A DNA stretch of 63,986 nucleotides, filler included, from Conidiobolus incongruus B7586 (taxonomy: Eukaryota), in assembly GCA_000697335.1 (NCBI GenBank). It is 6 parts of 6 records of this genome, joined end to end, with 100 filler letters (N's around TTAATTAATTAA, not from the genome) between each part and the next. Parts side by side here need not be neighbours in the genome. Positions count along the whole stretch, not along the records: positions 20,973 to 49,904 come from JNEM01006074.1; positions 50,005 to 58,247 come from JNEM01006076.1; 4 more parts are not named here. One strand, written 5' to 3'. The notes beneath the pieces were generated by a model. It was not told where the DNA came from, made no database searches, and was given only the letters and a program-made list of their open reading frames with translations. Position numbers and translations under genes: made by a program. Positions 38,341-52,380 of the stretch are shown one piece after another; position 1 is the first letter of the stretch, and each line of letters starts with the position of its first letter.

Positions 38341-39001
38341 ATTTCTTTGATTTGACGAATATTTTTCTTCCCAACTATGTATATCTCTCAATAAATCTTG
38401 AGTTTGGAATTTTTACCATTCATAATTTTTACATGAATTCTTTAAAATCTCTCGATGTTTCACAAGGATTATATCCTTTGAAATGAATCTGTACTATTTA
38501 TGATATTTATATTTAACCTTGAATTATAGATCTTAAGGTGTTTACATATCCGATTTCAATTTTTTAATACTATGAATTTATTTTTCCAATTACTTTTTAA
38601 TTGTATTTTGTGTAATTTGATTTAATATTTAAATAATTTTGAAATCTTTACATTAAATAAACCATTTTCAATAAATTTTAACCTAATAAAAAATAAACTA
38701 TTTTCATTTCTAAACTTAATATGTACTATATACTTGATTTCATCACTAACTAATAAATTAATACTAATTTAATAGGTATAATCTTATTGTTTTTGATCAA
38801 TTTTAATTCATTCCCAATAAATCGAAGATTGAGAAAAATATTTATTATTGCTATATTGCAAACTGGTAAGGATGATAATAATAGGTTTTTTTGATTTTAA
38901 GATATATATAGATAGGTTCAATTGTATTAAACTTAAAGTTTTTATTTTAATAAAAATCTCTATCATTTCAAAATCAGGATATTTTGCCTAATCTTCAAAT
39001 A

Positions 39002-40492
39002 ATGATAATGAATTTTAATTATTGTAAGAATTCCAGTTTATCGATGGAAGCAAACCAAGTAAAAGAAAGCTAGAACAAAAAAATAACATCGTTGCCGTAT
39101 CTCCAATTCATAATCCTTACCTTGACGAGACTTGTAGAGCCAATCACTTTTAGTAAGGTGCTTTTTATTTTGTAAGTGATAAAGTAGTACTTTTCAGTTT
39201 TGAGATAATTATGTGTTGGATAATTTACTTGGTGCGGGATTTTGAAATCGTTACAGAAGATTATCAGATCTCATATTATGTAGGCCTTCTCAATGCTCTA
39301 TTTGCAATTAGAGAAGCTTGTACATCCATATTATGAGGATTATTGTCGTATCGCACTGGAAGGAAACCTGTCATTTTGTTCGAATTATTCGGATTGACAA
39401 TCAGTTTGTTGGTGTTTGAATTAAGTCCTAACTACACTATAGCACTGATTACTCGAAGTATGAGCGGCACTCTCAAAGGCAATATTGGCGTGGTGATCTC
39501 GATTGTTAAGGAATTTATGGATGAAACCAATTGCCTAGAAGCTTTCGGATACTTGGCTCTCTTGTTTAGATCCGGGACTGTTGTTGGGCCTTTGATCGAT
39601 CGCTTATCAAATCCCGCAATGAGATCCCCAAGTCTATTCGGGAATAATAGATCTCTGGAACGATTTCCCTACTTTATACCTTGTGCATTCAATGCAACGT
39701 CATGCTTTTTGGCATTGGTATTTGGTGCAATTCTTGAAAGGAGCTGTGAAACCTAAATATTCTAATAATATAGTAATCACTCCATTGATTAATGGATCTG
39801 ACCAGATTAGAGAACATATTGAAAATTCCAATTACAGTGCTCTCAATAATTCTAACAACTCTACAGATACTTCAATCCTAACTTCAATTCAATTAATTGC
39901 TTCTATCATTCGAATATATATTCTCATCTCAGCAATGCTCTTGTTCTTTGTACATTACTATGAAGAAACAATGATACTTTGGGGAGCACCCAGCGAACGC
40001 GAAGGTGGTCTTGGTCTCCAATCTCCTGATTTTGCAAGCTTTATGGCCGCTGTAGATACCTCAATATTCCTGATTCAATTAACATTATTTACCGTAATTA
40101 AACAAAAATTCGACATGCTGTAAATATTTCATCTCATCCTTTTATTTTTTGTGGTGTTGAAAATTTTGACATCTTTTGTCACATCCATTATCCAATTTGG
40201 ATCTAGTATAGTAATAGTCTGTTCGCTCTACATGGTTCGATCCATGATTGAAATGTTCGCATTCAGCAGTTACAACACCTTCCTTGCGAATTATATCCCA
40301 AGCAATTCTCTGCTGGGACTCGTCAATAGCATTTCCATCACCATAGCATGTATTTTCCGTGCATTTGCTCCAACTTCGGTAGGTTTTACTTTCTCGTGGC
40401 CACTTTCAAACCGTTGGTGCTTCTCTTTCAATATTCATTTCACATTCTTTGTAGTAGCTTTGATAACTTATATTAATCATCTTATTACTTAG
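39002..40492 (+). pseudogene. MFS transporter pseudogene 3
   Basis: SLPYLQFIILTLTRLVEPITF, RTGRKPVILF, LKGNIGVV and CIFRAFAPTSVGFTFSW are colinear with the intact gene; in-frame stops (for example W>TGA near 39334) and frameshifts. Confidence 0.88.
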
Positions 40493-41945
40493 TACATTAG
40501 AGATGAATCCAATTATTTTCGAATTTTGTGGATGGATTTAATAATATAATTAACAAGATTTTTATAAACAAATATAATTTTATCAATTTTATGTATGGAA
40601 AAATGGGTTAAACCATAATATAAATACAAAAAATTTGAGCTATTTAAATATATCTTATTGATATGTACACTTAAAAACTTGGCCAGATATAGTGTATATA
40701 CCTGATAATGAATAATATACATCAATAGTTCTTTCAATATTTAATTCTAAATAAAATAAATAATATAAATAATATTACAAACTGAATTTAATATTCATTA
40801 ATCATATATAAGAATTAACAAAAATTTTCATAATTTATTAATAAATCCTCAATACTTCTTAAATTCATTAATTTAATCTTACATAAAAAATCATTTATTT
40901 TTATCAATTGATATATTTTGAAAAAAATTACAAAATTTTTGCTTCAATTTATCATCCAAAATTGCCATAAGAAATCTATTATACATAAAACCAAATCTGA
41001 AATTATAGCCATACATTATTAATTTATCATTTTTTCATGTATTAATACCAAGCCCTAACACCATATTTAAACTAATTTTTACCTAAATTCTAAAAATAGA
41101 CAAGAATTATTCAATTTATTTCGCCAAACACTATGAATACATCATATTTGCAGTTTTTCGAAAATAATTAATAATAAAAATTAATTACTTAGAATGTATT
41201 CGTTCAAAGTATGCACTCATGTATTTGGAAATTATAAATAATTTGATAACAATAGCGAAAAAAGTAGTCACAATGTAGTATATAACAAAAGTGAAAAGAT
41301 GTATGCAATGAAAATATAATATTAACCAATTTAAGAATAATTGATATTATAGAAATTAAGCCCTTAAATTTACTTCTCTTTTCACATATTTCAATAAGAT
41401 GCATAGTTATGTATTAAGGGTGAATATTATTAATCTTGCATTTTTTTAATACCTAAATTTGGAGAGATATTAAAATTTTAATTATATTTTAATTTGAAAT
41501 TCCATGAAAACTCAAAAAGAATTTTGACAATGTTTATACTGAAAATTCAATAAAATTGTAATATTTTATAATTTAAAACCAATATATTTTTAATACTTTT
41601 TTTTATTATTGTTATACTCAGTATTATTTTAATTTTAATCTCATAAATATAAAATATTTTCAATTATTTTTTTAAATTAAAATTTACTCAATATAGAAAT
41701 TTTAATCAACCACGTTTTATTAATTACTGTATAAAATTTCCAAAATTTGAATTGTTGATGAAATTAATTCAATTAAGCCTATCTTTGATTTGATATAAAA
41801 GAGATTAAAATCTTGAAGAAAAATATAAATTATTTAATTCTAATAAATTCAACTGAATACAAGCATAAAATTAACAAGATTGATTATAGATTTATTTTAT
41901 TATCTATTTAAATTTAATCAATAAAAATTAAATAATAATTTAATT

Positions 41946-43503
41946 ATGTCACGGAATTCTACCAACAATAAACCAAGTTCTTCAAGTTCTACAATAGTGA
42001 ATCAAGTTGGGGAATCTAGTACCGAAGAAATTCAAAAGTGTAATCCTCTACCATATCCTCAGTTTCCAATTCTGGTGTGTGTCAGATTCGTTGAACCTAT
42101 TGCTTTCACTATGGTATTTCCTTTTATGTACAAGGTAAATTATTTAAGACATTCATATTATTCAGTACTAATGATTTCAGATGGTAGAAGGGTTCGGCAT
42201 AGCCAAAGACAATACCCAAATTGCATATTACGCAGGACTATTGACATCTGCATTCGCAGTTTCAGAAGCTAGTACTTCCATATTTTGGGGTGTGTTGAGT
42301 GATAGGATCGGTAGGAAACCCGTTGTATTGTTTGGACTGTTTGGAACTGCACTAAGTTTGTTCGCGTTTGGCCTCAGTCCCAACTTCACAGTGGCTTTTG
42401 TTGCGAGATGTATGAGTGGTCTTCTGAACGGTAATGTCGGCGTTGTCAAGTCTATGGTTGCCGAAATGACAGATCAAACTAACAGGGCAGAAGCTTTCGG
42501 TTACCTTTCCCTCATATTTGGTTTGGGATTAATTGTGGGACCCGCAATTGGCGGATTCTTGTCAGAACCTGCTGATACGTTCCCCTGGCTGTTTGGAAAA
42601 GTTGAACTCTTGAAGAAGTACCCATTCTTTTTGCCTTGCGCCGTAGGATCTGCTCTATGTATCGGCGCAATGATTTTTGGTGCATTCTTCCTCGAAGAGA
42701 CCTTGGAGTCTAAGCGTAAGAAGTTATCTGAAGCCTCCCCACTTCTGGAGGATGCAAACGCCACGGAACCTCTCGTAGGTGCTCAGAATTACGGCGCTGT
42801 GGAATGCCCACCCGAATCTGTTGAGAATTTGTCAAATTTAGCTCTCATTAAAACTTTCGTTCTCATCAAAAAGATCCCTCTCAATGCATGGTACGTCATC
42901 TTCAGCTACGCTCTCCTACTAATGTTCGTAGTGATGTTCGACGACACCATCGTATTTTGGGGCGCTACGAAAGCTGAGTACGGCGGATTTGACCTCAAAC
43001 CGAAAGCTTTGGCAACTATCTTCATTTTTGGAGGCTTATCCATGTTTGTGATCCAATTCACAGTCTTCACCAAATTCAAACAAAAGTTCGGCATTTTGAC
43101 CATTTACCAAAACATTTACATCCTCTTCGCAATCCTGTGCATCCTGACACCATTCGCAACTTCTGTAGCACCTGTCGGATCTATTTGGGCCAATGTACTG
43201 ACGAATTCCTCATACATGGTCCGAGCTATGCTGGGTCAATTCGCTTTTAATATATGTAACGTTCTCCTTGTCAATTCGTCACCTAGAAATTCTATGCTAG
43301 GTCTCATTAACGGCGTGTCGCAAACTCTATCGTGTATTTCCAGAGCTGTTGCACCCACCGTCGCAGGCTATATATTCTCGTGGTCTTTAGTCAATGGTAT
43401 TGGATTCCCCTTCGACATTCATTTCACTTGGTTCGTCATCGCTTTTGTAGCACTTGCCAATCATATTTTAACTCAGTTAATTAAGAATAATCAGGAATGT
43501 TAA
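41946..43503 (+). CDS. MFS transporter (ZIFL/TetA-like drug:H+ antiporter type), 503 aa; exons 41946-42134 and 42181-43503
   Basis: 46-nt GT-AG intron with CTAAT branch joins the two ORFs in frame; MFS motif A WGVLSDRIGRKP, GLLNGNVGVVKS, GLIVGPAIGG. Confidence 0.92.
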
Positions 43504-43747
43504 TGTAAATTTTGATAAATTTTGATAAATTTTGAGATAATCAGGATTAATATATATCTGATAGATTCACCTTTGAATTATTTTTTTAAATAATATAAGA
43601 TTTTAAGATAATGAGCCTGAATTTTTTATTCATTTGAAAAAATTATTAAATTTAATAATTTTGTATTTAAAAAGTAATTATATTAAAATTAATTTTATAA
43701 GAAATTATATAAAAAGATAAATTCCATAAAATTTATTTTATAAAGAA

Positions 43748-44428
43748 TTAAATATTAGATTTAATTCTTTCTAATTCTGTCTTTAATTCTTCCTGACTGG
43801 GCTTAGTAGCTGGCCAACGAATTCCTAATCCTTCTTCAGCATTAGGTTTGGGAATAATATGGAAGTGGACATGATCAACTTCCTAATATTGTGTTAGTAT
43901 TAATGAATAATAAGTTGATAATATTATGCTACTTGGTGAGCTAAACGACCATTATTCTAAAATTATTAGCTGGTTAATAGCATGATTCTAAAACAATATA
44001 TAATTAAATTACTTGGAGTAAGTTATAATTTTCAGCTCCTAAAGCCTTAACGATCTTATTAGCAGTAGGCAACAAATCAGCTAAGTAATTATCGGGAACA
44101 TCGGCTATTTTGGAGGCGTGAACTATGTAGTTTAAAGTTATTAAGGAATTTGCTCATGAGAGTGTAGTAATGATATTACATTTAGGAATCACCAACTAAA
44201 ATCAATGATTAGTAAAAATTATATCAAATAAATTATTAAATAAACTTACTGTATGTCCTTTACTCAATGGTCCAATATCCAAAAAAGCATAACTATCAAC
44301 CAAATTAATACCATATAAATATAAAAATATATAAAAATTTACGTTAATTCTGTTTCAATAACTTTATGACTAGGAATTGAACCTTCAATAATTTTACAAA
44401 ATAAACATGCAGCGTTTTTTGCACTCAT
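43748..44428 (-). CDS. HNT1: HIT-family nucleotide hydrolase Hnt1/HINT, 137 aa; exons 44428-44343, 44292-44250, 44195-44180, 44122-44013, 43956-43933, 43882-43748
   Basis: Not in the ORF track. Splicing five GT-AG introns (50-57 nt) gives MSAKNAACLFCKIIEGSIPSHKVIETELTYAFLDIGPLSKGHTLVIPK...LLQNNGRLAHQEVDHVHFHIIPK with the HxHxH triad. Confidence 0.95.
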
Positions 44429-44926
44429 TTTATTTCTACAAAATAATAATTGTTATTATTATTAAAAAAGTATTATATATATATTTAATAACTTACCAAC
44501 TTTTTTTTAAATAAAAATAAAAATTTAATATTAAAAATGACGTATTTAAATAATCAAAAATAATAAATAATGATGATTTCAGTAAATTAATTACAATTTA
44601 TGGGTTATATATATATATTTATGATTAAATTATCATGTGATTTAATTACTTTTTTATTACTTGGTTTAATTAAAATATAAACATAGGTATAAATTATTAA
44701 AAATAATATATGATAGATTGATAATAAGAGTAAGATGTAATTAATTTTACAAAGGCATGAAAAATAAATTCAAAATTTTTAACCTTTGATTATATGGAGG
44801 AATTTATTATTAATATATATTAAAAAATATTATAAAAAATTATTTAATTTAAAAATAATTACAATTGAAATGGATAAGATTTTCACTATTTAATCAAAGT
44901 ATAAACTAAAAAAATCTATTGAATTA

Positions 44927-46392
<1,466 letters not shown>

Positions 46393-47464
46393 CTTTTCCT
46401 TTGTTTATTATTATGTTAGTAATTAAATATATTTATAAATAAATATAAATATAGATATAAATATATATTTATTTAATATTGAATAAAATAAAATTTATAA
46501 TTGATAGATAATTAAAATCTAAATTCTTGGTAATTAAGAATAATTTATATAATTTTTAATTTTTGATTGTGGGAATATGGGTCATAAAATTAATTAGTTT
46601 AATTTCGTTAAGCATTTGGATGAACTACGTAAAAATACCAGAATTGATCCATTATACATTTTCCAAATAATAAATTCATTTACAAATTGGGAAATTGGAC
46701 AATTTTCCTTATTTTCAGTAAATTTGGTAAAATTTTTTGCACAGTTATTATAATATTACAGTTTGAACAGTTTTTTATATCATTTTCACTGTACCTATTT
46801 CTGATTATAACTAAGATTATGATAACATAATCTAATTTTGAGATTATCAATTTTAATCCCAAATTGAACAAAATAATTTTTACACGTTTTAAATATTGCG
46901 GAAATATGATTAAATAATTAATGTAAAATTTAATAAAAACAAATTTGCAGGAATTGGAATAATAGATAAAGCTTATGAGGATAGTAATATTATATTGTGA
47001 TAATGCTTCCATTAGTTGAATTATTTTATTTCACAGTATATATATTTCTTTAAATTTCAAACTCAATATCATCAAATTCGAAGTTTTTGGATTAATTGGA
47101 TTTAAATACGAAATTAATTTGTATATATTAAAAATTTGATTATAAGAAATATTCCAAGTCACAATTCAATGCCCAATGTAAATATAAACAATATTTTATA
47201 TGAATATTTAATAATGATAATAATGATAATAATGATTTATACTTTGAAATTATAATCTATTATTTTTTTAAATTTATTATTTTAAATTCTTAAATCATTA
47301 TGAAACTGAATAAAGACTAAAATGTGGCAAAGAATAAATATTGTATCATATTTATCATGAGTTTAATCAATATAAATAAATTATATATAATAAAAAACCC
47401 TTAATTCTTTATTATTATATATTAACCAATAATTTTTATACTTAACAAAATTTTAATTAACATT

Positions 47465-47734
47465 ATGGTCAAATTATCAACATTTACCTTGTTTCTAACT
47501 ACTTGGAGTTGCGCATTCGGTGCAACTATTAATCCCACGAAGCCTTCGGATGTAACAGAGCCCAAACAAGTGTCTGAAGCTTCGGTGGTTCAAGCAATCA
47601 CTCAAGAAATTAAACAAGCTTTGGACAAAATCGACAAAGACAAAGACGATCTTTTGAAGAATTTCAATGCAATACTTGCTAGTTGGTTCCCAGCTACCGC
47701 AGCTGCGAGCGAATTATCCAATATTATGAAATAG
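47465..47734 (+). CDS. Small secreted protein, 89 aa
   Basis: Signal-peptide-like N-terminus; coding-like GC in an AT-rich background. Confidence 0.75.
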   Translation: MVKLSTFTLFLTTWSCAFGATINPTKPSDVTEPKQVSEASVVQAITQEIKQALDKIDKDKDDLLKNFNAILASWFPATAAASELSNIMK

Positions 47735-48786
47735 GACAGGTGATGGTGAATTATTTAGATTTAAGTGTATTATTTTAAAATAAATATTCATTATTTATTA
47801 TTATTGATAAATAAAAATTAACACTATTGCACTCAAGCAATCTACTAAAAATAATTTATTTAATAATAACATTGAAAGTTTAGTTGATTGTAAAGATATA
47901 TATCGCAATCAAACTGTCCATTTGATATTAAACCAAAAATTTAAACTATACATTGTATATTTAATCCAGATTACTTAATTGAAGATGAAATTAAGTAATT
48001 TGAATATAGATTTCTTTAAATAATTGAAATAAAACGATTGTCAAATTGATAATTAGCATTATTTAACCAATATGAATATCCAAATCAATTAAATATATAT
48101 TTTGATATAATAAATATAATTTTGCTTACATCAATTGCATCTAAAATATTCAGTATATATTAATTTTATAGAGATTGGATTATTGTATATAGTATTAAGG
48201 ATTAACATTGTTCACTTGGATAATTATCAAGTAGAATATCTAAAATCTTATTAAAATATTTTGATCAATATATAAACCAATGAACTTGATAAAAAGTTAT
48301 AAACAATCAAATATAATTGTGGCTGTGACCAACAAAATTACCCAATTTGGATTTATTTAATTCATCAATGAAATCACAAGTTTTTTAAGGCACTGTACAA
48401 TTCAATAATCTTATAAAAAACATTTTAGTAAATATCTAAGGTAACTTAGTCAATCCGAATATATTATCTAAAATGCAATATATATTCCTAATATTATTAT
48501 TTATATAGAATTCCTCTTGTATTTAACAATTTTTTAAACAATATTATATTATTCAATTGTAAATTGGTTCAATTTTTTTACTAATTTTTGGTATCAATTT
48601 GAAAAACAAAATAATTTTTTTATAAAAATTTTATATGAATAAATTATGGCAAAGGTCACAATTTGTGAGATATTTAAAATAGTATTTATATAAATAGAAC
48701 TATCTAAATAGTTGTAGTTTAGAAATTTGCTTTGTTCAAGTTTTTGCAGTAGTGAAATACTAATCGAAAATTAAAGATTTCATAAA

Positions 48787-49068
48787 ATGGTTTGTTTTAA
48801 TAAAATCGCTTTAGTCTTAACATTATTAGGTTCAGGATTGTATTGTAATGCCAATTCCCTTAATGGTTTGGAACGTCGTGATACTCCTTTAGACAGTCAA
48901 CAGACCAAATTGAATGCACTCTTGGATAAATTCAATGAATTGCTGAGTAAATTCAATGTGAATGATCCCACTCAGCAAAGTAAGATGGCTCATGCAATTC
49001 AAACTTCTTTCTCCCTACCTGAAAGAGAACTTTTGGCACAAGCTTTTGGCAATTCCGGTTTAAAATGA
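48787..49068 (+). CDS. Small secreted protein with putative Kex2 site, 93 aa
   Basis: Signal peptide, LERR|D, amphipathic helical body. Confidence 0.75.
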   Translation: MVCFNKIALVLTLLGSGLYCNANSLNGLERRDTPLDSQQTKLNALLDKFNELLSKFNVNDPTQQSKMAHAIQTSFSLPERELLAQAFGNSGLK

Positions 49069-49904
49069 GAACGTCAACACTATATATACAAAATGATATT
49101 TCTCAATTTTTCAATTAAATCAATTATTACAATTACCTTTTATGATTTTTACTTATTTATACAGAAAGTTGATATCATAAGTATTTAATTAATTTCATTT
49201 TAATGCTATATCGCGTTCTTAATATTATATTGAAATATTATCTAATATTATAATTATCAAAAATTTACAAAGTTTTTTGCCTCTAACTAATTAATTTTTT
49301 CCTGATTTCTTTCTTCAAATTATAGATTCAAACTTAAATTTAATCTTTTAGTATAGAAATTAAATAATGGCAAAATTATAAAAATTAAATAAAATCATTA
49401 ATATATATGAGCATTAAAAATCAATAAACATTATAAAATTAATATTCTCTTTTATTATTTATAACTCGTTGACAAATACTTACTAACAAGCTTCTAATAC
49501 TTAAAACAAAATTTTTTTATTAATGGCTAAAATTTAATAATTTATAAATTAACTTATAGGAATTTTTTTCATATAAATATATTTTTAAATTTCTTAAAGT
49601 ATTTATAATTATATAAGATATAATCAAGTGAATATATTAGATTTATTAGCTTTTTTGAATTTTTTTATATAAACAATCTTTTATAATATTAGTTTTATAT
49701 ATTTTATATAAATTATATAAAATAATAAATATTTATAATATATAATAAAAATATTAATTAAAAAGTAATTTGTATAAAAAAGATATATAAATCTTACTTT
49801 ATAATAATTTATCTTAAAATTAAAAAAACCATATATAACTAAAGTTTATTATTACTATAAGTATTTATTTATAGGAATTTATAAGATTATATTAATTTAA
49901 CCAA

Positions 49905-50004
49905 NNNNNNNNNNNNNNNNNNNNNNNNNNNNNNNNNNNNNNNNNNNNTTAATTAATTAANNNNNNNNNNNNNNNNNNNNNNNNNNNNNNNNNNNNNNNN
50001 NNNN
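49905..50004. other. Assembly gap linker
   Basis: N-TTAATTAATTAA-N spacer that truncates glucosidase II. Confidence 0.98.
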
Positions 50005-52218
50005 CATCAATGTTATAGGTAGTTTGTCATTAGGAAATTCCAAGAACAAAGGACGCATAGGAGGGATACCGGTATTGGAAGCTTCAAAGAATAAGGCATA
50101 CCAATAGGGTAACAAGGCATATCTTGATCTGATAGCATGACGAACCATTGGAATGTGATCTTCTTGAAGTAACCAAGGCTCTCTTCTCTTAGTATCGATA
50201 TGAGCATGAGCTCTGAAGAAAGGTTGGAAAGCACCAGCTTGATACCAACGAACCATTAAGTCGCTACTGGGATCACCAAAGAATCCGCCTACATCAGCAC
50301 CACTGAATCCAATACCACCCAAACCTAAGCTTAATAACATGGGAACTGAGGCTTGTAAATGTCCCCAATTAGCTGCATTATCACCAGTCCAAATAGCACC
50401 ATATCTTTGAGTACCAGGAAAGAATGCACGACTGAGAACAAATGGACGTCTATTAGGATTTTGGCGCTTGATTTGACCAACAGCAGTGGAACGATGCATC
50501 AAAGATCCATAAAGATTGTGGATTTCTCTATGTTCAAGAGTTCCATTGTTATGTAAAACATGCTTGTGCATGGTGATTTCAGGTCCGTTGAATACAGAAG
50601 GTTCATTCATGTCATTCCATGTGTATAGGTATTTAGTTGATTTATCATATTTATCAAATCGGAATTGTTCAGACCACCAATCACAAACTTCATCCCTAGT
50701 ATAATCTAACCAACTGGAGCTACCGGGCCAACACCATCCATCGAAATCAGATTTGTGTTCATTTTGAACAAAGTAACTCTTTTCCGTAGCCTCTGTGTAG
50801 ATTCTGTACCCATCCTCTCGCTTGATGTGGGGGTCAACAATGGTGACCATTTTACGACCCAATTCTCCAAGAGTGTTTTGCATCAATACAGGATCAGGGA
50901 ATTTGACAAGGTCCCAGGTAAAATATTTCTTACCATCGGTGTGCTCGATATCTAACCATAAAACATCGTAGGGAATGTCATATTCATCGAATTTCTTGTT
51001 GACAGTTAGCACATCATCCTGATCAATATAATTCCATCTACACTGGTGATAAGAAATAGAGAAAGAAGGAGGAAGAGCAAGGGTTCCGGTGAGTCGAGTG
51101 TATTGAGTGACAATGTCTTTTGGTTGGTTACCCAAGAAAACAAATAAGTCGACGATACCAGATTCACTAATCCAGTGAGTTTGAACTTCATTTTTAGGTT
51201 TTTGAATGTCAACCCACATCTCTGCACTATTCATCCAGAAAACACCAGCTGCAAGATTTGGATTGTGTCCTAAAGCGAATGGAATGGCACCATATAAGGC
51301 CATTGGAGAGTCTAATTCGTATTCAAAAACATCCAAGTTGTAGAGACGGTAAGGTTCGTCGTAGTTCCCTTCTGATCCATCGGTGGATTTAAGACTGAGT
51401 GAGCTTGCATGTTCTGGAAGACCATAAACATGCTCAATACTGTGAAAAGATACATCAAGACCAATAGAAGAGGGACCATTGGGTTTTAAATCTCTATGCC
51501 CGTTAAATGTTTCTTCCCAAAGGTTTTGTTCTAATTCAGAATTATTGGAATTATTACCTTCATTAGAATCCGATTTATCTTGAGCTTCTTGTTTTTCGCG
51601 ATAATGTTCAAAATTGAATAAATTCTGGTCATTAAAGCTTAATACAAGTGTATTTCCTTTATAAAACTGTAATTTGAAAGGATCATAACTGATTTTAACT
51701 TGAAGCTTAAGATCTGGAGAATAAGAGATGATGTAACCTTGAGAGCCGTCAGCTTTAGCTTGAAGATTATCAGAAGACTGGACTTTAGGTTGGCTTGCTA
51801 AAACATGACGCTCTAAATCTTGAAATCTAGGTTTAATAGGATTATATTCGTCAATTATCACTCTAAAAGAATCGCCTTGTAAAGGAGTTAGTTTCAATTT
51901 GAAAAGAGCGTCATTGTTTTTGTTTTTGATTTGAGCTTCGAAAGCCCCTTCATTTTTCCATTGTACAGTATCTTTAAGAATAGCATAAGGAGATTTGGCC
52001 TTATTCTCACGAATAGATTTAGCCAATTCACGATTACGTTTACAAAAACCAGAATCGTTACAACGTTTAAAATCTTCTTTCTTAACAGCTTCAGCTATTG
52101 AAAGAGATAAAATTGTCAATAATATGAAATAAATAAGTTTCCTAGTAAAAGAAACGCTTTTACTAGTCATCTTACTAAATTGAGGCTCGCCTTGTTTAAG
52201 TGCAGCCAAAACTTCCAT
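50005..52218 (-). CDS. ROT2: ER glucosidase II alpha subunit (GH31), 3' end lost in the gap; the true start may be the ATG at 52170
   Basis: AVKKEDFKRCNDSGFCKRNR, YGLPEHA, PYRLYNLDVFEY, WLDIEHTDGKKYFTWD, catalytic WNDMNEPSVF, WTGDN, FFRAHAHIDTKRREPW. Confidence 0.95.
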
Positions 52219-52359
52219 TTCAGTATTAGAACTACTTAGTTTTATTCAACTTATATGAGTTGGGTCTGAAGAATATTCAATCAAAAGAATATGAAAAAAA
52301 ATGAATCAAAAATTAAAATTAGAATAAAGAATATTAAACAAATATAAAATTCACTAAAT

Positions 52360-52380
52360 GCAATATAATTGAACCACGTA
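52360..52380. promoter_or_regulatory. UPR-element-like site upstream of glucosidase II
   Basis: GCAAT-N9-CCACG (the ERSE consensus is CCAAT-N9-CCACG); contains TACGTG on the minus strand. Confidence 0.35.

Noticed and set aside
42228..43103. Antisense or alternate-frame ORFs inside the MFS, permease, kinase, glucosidase and RP genes
   Set aside because: Shadows of real coding sequence.
50005..50030. Apparent frameshift at the last codons of glucosidase II
   Set aside because: At a contig edge in an A run; most likely a sequencing error.
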